From assembly GCF_014764105.1 (NCBI RefSeq), contig NZ_JACXUF010000001.1: DNA of 44,136 nt. The stretch is one strand, 5' to 3'. Source of the DNA: Sulfuricurvum sp. Lineage in GTDB: Bacteria; Campylobacterota; Campylobacteria; Campylobacterales; Sulfurimonadaceae. Positions 40,644 to 44,136 of this stretch are shown here, one piece after another. Position 1 is the stretch's first letter; each line of letters opens with the position of its first letter. Under the pieces are notes generated by a model. The model had not been told where the DNA came from and did no database searches. It was given only the letters and a program-made list of their open reading frames with translations. Made by a program: the position numbers and the translations under genes.

Positions 40644-40821
40644 CTAAACAATTACGTAGGTAAAATCATCACCACTTAATTTAAACTTTTCACATATGAG
40701 TTTTACATAAGTCATTATTGTATTAGCACTTAAATTTGTTTCTATAAAATAATTTTCTTTTATCTCATATGCTTTTCTGCAATCACTTTCAATACTTGAA
40801 ATAATTCTTTGTTTTTTCCCT
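40644..40821 (-). pseudogene. Out-of-frame C-terminal tail of the DUF262-DUF1524 protein
   Basis: GKKQRIISSIESDCRKAYEIKENYFIETNLSANTIM...* in the +1 frame, overlapping the end of the main ORF, same low GC. Confidence 0.6.
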
Positions 40822-42534
40822 AATATCGATATCATCATCAAGAGTATAAAACTCTTTATCACTATTTTGTAGATCTAGTTTTAAATCTAGCTCTTTTGGG
40901 TATTGCCACAATATTTTTGCATCTTCAAAAAGTAGATTTGCTCTTTTATTTATCTCTTTATCATCCCAAGTTGTAGCATTAATGAAATATTGATTGAGCT
41001 TTAGTCTGCTTTGCCCTTTTAAAATCTGTTTTTTATCTTCAAAAGATTTATTTCCTAGTTGAGTATTGTCACCTGAAAGCGACAAATTACCAATGCTATG
41101 TAAATATCTGTCATGAATTATTTGATATTTGTCTCCAAGTTTTGCTTTCCAAGAGTTTGTCAAGGTTTGTGGCATAAAATGTTCTATAGAAAGGGTAGCA
41201 ATGTCTACTTTTTCATTGTTGTCTTTGTTTTCAAGTCTGAGTAAAATAAATTTTATATTTTTTAGACTATAAGCATCTCTTGAAGTAAAATCAGCTCTAA
41301 ACTCTTCATCATCTGGAAAAATTGCAGAACCTTTTTTTGAAAACAGTATAGTCGCAAAATATTTACTAAAATTTTCAAAACTAAAAGTTGATATCTCCAA
41401 AATATCACTAAATAAAGACGCAAAAACTTTATTTAAAGCATTGGCCGGTTTATTGCAAACCATTCTTCTTACTATATAACTTTCTATAATTTCTAGAGTT
41501 CTTAGTAGCTCTTTTTCATTTAACAGTTGTTTATTAAAACTATCAACAACAGACAACAAAAAAGGATATACAACACCAATTTTAAGTTGTTTTAGATTTT
41601 TCAAATTTTGAGCATAAATTTCATTATGTGGAAATAAGAAAGTTTTATAAATTTTTGAATATTCTAAAAGCTCATCAAGCAGTTCTTTCGTTTGGATATT
41701 TTGAGAATAAACAAATAGTTTAAAAGCTTCATAAGTATCATCTTTGTTTGGTATTTTATTTTGTTTTACTGTTAAATAATCTCTTACAAAATTTGATATA
41801 TTTTCACTTGTTAAGTTCTCTTCTATTTTAAACCAGTATTTTTCAAATAATTCATTTTGTTCTTCTGCTTCTTTGTCCATCAATAAAAAGTTTCTTATTA
41901 AATCTGCTTGAGACAAGTTCACTCCAGTTGAATTAATACTTTCAAAAATGAGTTGTGGATTATCATCTCTTCGATTGAGTGCAATATGAACTATAAATAA
42001 CTTTTTAAATCCAAGATAAAGTGCTTTATAATCTCCAAAACTTTGAATTTTAGTTTTAAAAAAATGATAGTTTTTATAAATATTTGAATTTGTATCAATC
42101 AAATCAAAATCATTTTTTAGTAGTTTTTTGAAAACTTCATCATCTTTTTTGATAGGTTTTAGTTTTAATTTATTTTTTTCATCAAGTCTTTTATTGATTA
42201 AAAAACTTTCAAGTATTTCATCTTTTAAGTTTACATCACCAATAACATCATGCAAAGCTTTTAAAAAAAGTGTCGAGGTTATAAGCCGTTGTTGACCATC
42301 AATAATTACATACTCTTTTAAATCTATAGAATCCGTATCACTATTGGCAACATATACAACAGAACCCAAAAAATGGCTTTTTAGCTCAGATTGTGTGCCT
42401 ATATTTTTTATATCTTCAAAAAGCTGTAAACAATTTTTTTCTTTCCAGTCATAATTTCTTTGATAAACTGGAATAATAAATCTTGTTTTATTTGAAGATA
42501 AAAAATCCTCAACACTTATCTGTCTAGCTTCCAT
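40789..42534 (-). CDS. DUF262-DUF1524 (GmrSD-like, type IV restriction/defence) nuclease
   Basis: IPVYQRNYDW, IIDGQQR, IFESINSTG (DUF262); SIEHFMPQ and IGNL...N (DUF1524 HNH); very AT-rich. Confidence 0.9.
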   Translation of the reverse strand: MEARQISVEDFLSSNKTRFIIPVYQRNYDWKEKNCLQLFEDIKNIGTQSELKSHFLGSVVYVANSDTDSIDLKEYVIIDGQQRLITSTLFLKALHDVIGDVNLKDEILESFLINKRLDEKNKLKLKPIKKDDEVFKKLLKNDFDLIDTNSNIYKNYHFFKTKIQSFGDYKALYLGFKKLFIVHIALNRRDDNPQLIFESINSTGVNLSQADLIRNFLLMDKEAEEQNELFEKYWFKIEENLTSENISNFVRDYLTVKQNKIPNKDDTYEAFKLFVYSQNIQTKELLDELLEYSKIYKTFLFPHNEIYAQNLKNLKQLKIGVVYPFLLSVVDSFNKQLLNEKELLRTLEIIESYIVRRMVCNKPANALNKVFASLFSDILEISTFSFENFSKYFATILFSKKGSAIFPDDEEFRADFTSRDAYSLKNIKFILLRLENKDNNEKVDIATLSIEHFMPQTLTNSWKAKLGDKYQIIHDRYLHSIGNLSLSGDNTQLGNKSFEDKKQILKGQSRLKLNQYFINATTWDDKEINKRANLLFEDAKILWQYPKELDLKLDLQNSDKEFYTLDDDIDIREKTKNYFKY

Positions 42535-42632
42535 CTAAACCCCTAATATGTTTTTATTATCCACGTTATTATAATGCCCCTAAAATATCAAACAACTTCA
42601 ACTAACTTTTATATAATACCATCCCCAATTAA

Positions 42633-42657
42633 GATAGTGTCAAAAAATTTCTGTCAA
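42633..42657. mobile_element. Isolated IS256-family-like terminal inverted repeat
   Basis: gatagtgtcaaaaaatttctgtcaa resembles IS256-type ends as recalled; no transposase nearby. Confidence 0.45.
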
Positions 42658-42782
42658 TTCTTCCTTAATTTCACTATTGGCTTTCATGGAACTACAGAGG
42701 TTGAAGAGTAGTGTGTAAGGTTAGATATAAAACAGCGATAAAACGGTACAATTAGAGATCTTATTGGAGGGATGTCCACGCT

Positions 42783-43400
42783 ATGTTTGACATTGTCGTT
42801 GCCGCCGATATCCTCGGTATCATCGCATTTGCCCTGAGCGGATTTCTCGTCGGGGTACGCAACCATCTCGATCTTCTCGGACTCATCATCTCCACCTCCC
42901 TAACTGCCCTCGGCGGCGGTATCGTTCGGGATGTAATCCTCGGACGCACCCCTTTTGCATTTAACGAATACTATCCCGCCATCACCGTTATCACGACCAT
43001 CCTTCTCATTTTTGCCTTTCGTCTCTATCGGCGTGAACAGTTGGAGCGCCAATGGCTCTTTGTAATCTCCGATACGATCGGTTTGGTGGCGTTCAGCATC
43101 ACAGGAGCGTTGCTCGCCATCGAGGTAGAGTTCAACTTTTTCGGTGTGATGATTTTGAGCTTCATCACCGCTGTGGGCGGGGGAGTTCTGCGCGACACAA
43201 TGATCAACCAAGTCCCCTCGGTGCTTATCAGCGATTTTTACGGTTCTATCGCCGTCATCGTCTCTGTTTTACTGCTGATACTGGCTCACTTTGATATGAT
43301 CACTACATTGGGTGTGGCGGGTGTAGCGGGATTTGCTATCGCACTGCGGTTACTTGCTTATACCAAACAATGGCATTTGCCTAAACTCACTATGGATTAA
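42783..43400 (+). CDS. Trimeric intracellular cation channel family protein (UPF0126/YadS-like)
   Basis: Two repeats with TA.GGG..RD motifs, D..G..AF, about 7 TM helices. Confidence 0.92.
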   Translation: MFDIVVAADILGIIAFALSGFLVGVRNHLDLLGLIISTSLTALGGGIVRDVILGRTPFAFNEYYPAITVITTILLIFAFRLYRREQLERQWLFVISDTIGLVAFSITGALLAIEVEFNFFGVMILSFITAVGGGVLRDTMINQVPSVLISDFYGSIAVIVSVLLLILAHFDMITTLGVAGVAGFAIALRLLAYTKQWHLPKLTMD

Positions 43401-43402
43401 CG

Positions 43403-44136
43403 ATGTCAAAACTCAAAATACTTTTTGTAGCCCTTATTTTAGGGGGGGTGATCGATATCGGTCGCTATTTTGTCACGCCGAATATCTCCGATCTCAAAGA
43501 GATTGAACCCATACCGACCGCTTTTATGGAGTATCGACAAGAGGAGTGGGCAAAGAATAATCGAGAGATGGAAATCACCCATAAATGGGTTCCTATGTCC
43601 AAAATCTCGCCTAACGTCATCAAAGCGGTACTCATCGCCGAAGACGACGGTTTTTGGAATCATGACGGGTTTGATATCAAAGGGATGGAAAACGCCATTG
43701 AACGAAGCCTCAAACAAGGGGTTGTAGCGGGGGGAAGCACCATCAGTCAGCAGCTCGCCAAAAATCTCTACCTCTCTCCGAGCAAAAATCCGATACGAAA
43801 AGTCAAAGAGGCAATCATCACGTGGCGCATCGAAAGCACCCTCTCCAAACGGCGTATTTTAGAGATCTACCTCAATGTTGCCGAGTGGGGAGATGGGATA
43901 TTCGGAATCGAAGCGGCGGCACGTCATTACTTTCACAAAAGCGCCAAAAATTTGAGCGGGCGTGAAGCAGCACGTCTAGCAGCAGTTCTCCCCAACCCGA
44001 TCAAATACAACCCTATCGGAAGTCAGAAATACGTCAAAAATCGTGCTCGGATTATCTATAAGATTATGAAACGCAGAGGGGTCGTCATCCCACAATACCA
44101 AGAGGTGATGGCACCACCAAAAAAAGAGGAGAGAAA
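43403..44136 (+). CDS. mtgA: Monofunctional peptidoglycan transglycosylase (runs off window end)
   Basis: MSKLKILF..., AED..F..H.GFD, GGSTISQQLAKNL, RKVKE, ILEIYLN.AEWG.G..GIEAAA, LAAVLPNP; no stop before the window end. Confidence 0.92.
   Translation, partial: MSKLKILFVALILGGVIDIGRYFVTPNISDLKEIEPIPTAFMEYRQEEWAKNNREMEITHKWVPMSKISPNVIKAVLIAEDDGFWNHDGFDIKGMENAIERSLKQGVVAGGSTISQQLAKNLYLSPSKNPIRKVKEAIITWRIESTLSKRRILEIYLNVAEWGDGIFGIEAAARHYFHKSAKNLSGREAARLAAVLPNPIKYNPIGSQKYVKNRARIIYKIMKRRGVVIPQYQEVMAPPKKEER

Noticed and set aside
43442-43448. G7 tract in mtgA as a phase-variation or frameshift site
   Set aside because: Frame is intact and the run is short; mtgA is missing from the ORF track only because it runs off the window
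1-44136. CRISPR array, prophage or integrase
   Set aside because: No regularly spaced direct repeats and no cas, phage or recombinase genes seen; the repeats are dispersed

Overview
A 44-kb chromosomal window from a free-living Campylobacterota (epsilonproteobacterium). Gene order and protein style suggest a Sulfuricurvum/Sulfurimonas-like organism; this is inference. Most of it is housekeeping: rho-murI-dnaX; a long minus-strand run yajC-secD-secF-leuS-lptE-GGDEF-folC-mfd-rlmC-ymdB-HhH glycosylase; lnt; cysK-pabC-like; LysR; uvrD-truB-csrA-ispE-smpB; the ffh-rpsP-khpA-rimM-trmD-rplS cluster preceded by TPR-NYN-nif3-zinc ribbon-waaA-RluA; ppk1-gamma carbonic anhydrase; TRIC-mtgA (partial). 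Five things go beyond the ORF track. (1) A dispersed ~140-160 bp MITE-like repeat family with four copies or ends (1-27, 4267-4426, 21430-21571, 32907-32999), imperfect terminal inverted repeats, one clean target-site duplication, and hairpins with compensatory changes. (2) A second nested-stem element upstream of ffh and a long stem-loop in the rpsP leader. (3) A very AT-rich DUF262-DUF1524 (GmrSD-like) gene with a frameshifted C-terminal tail, flanked by IS3-like and IS256-like remnants. (4) A mosaic of gene fragments (biotin carboxylase 3' end, kdpD/kdpE pieces) between lnt and cysK. (5) A compositional break inside secD. No rRNA, tRNA or CRISPR array was recognised.
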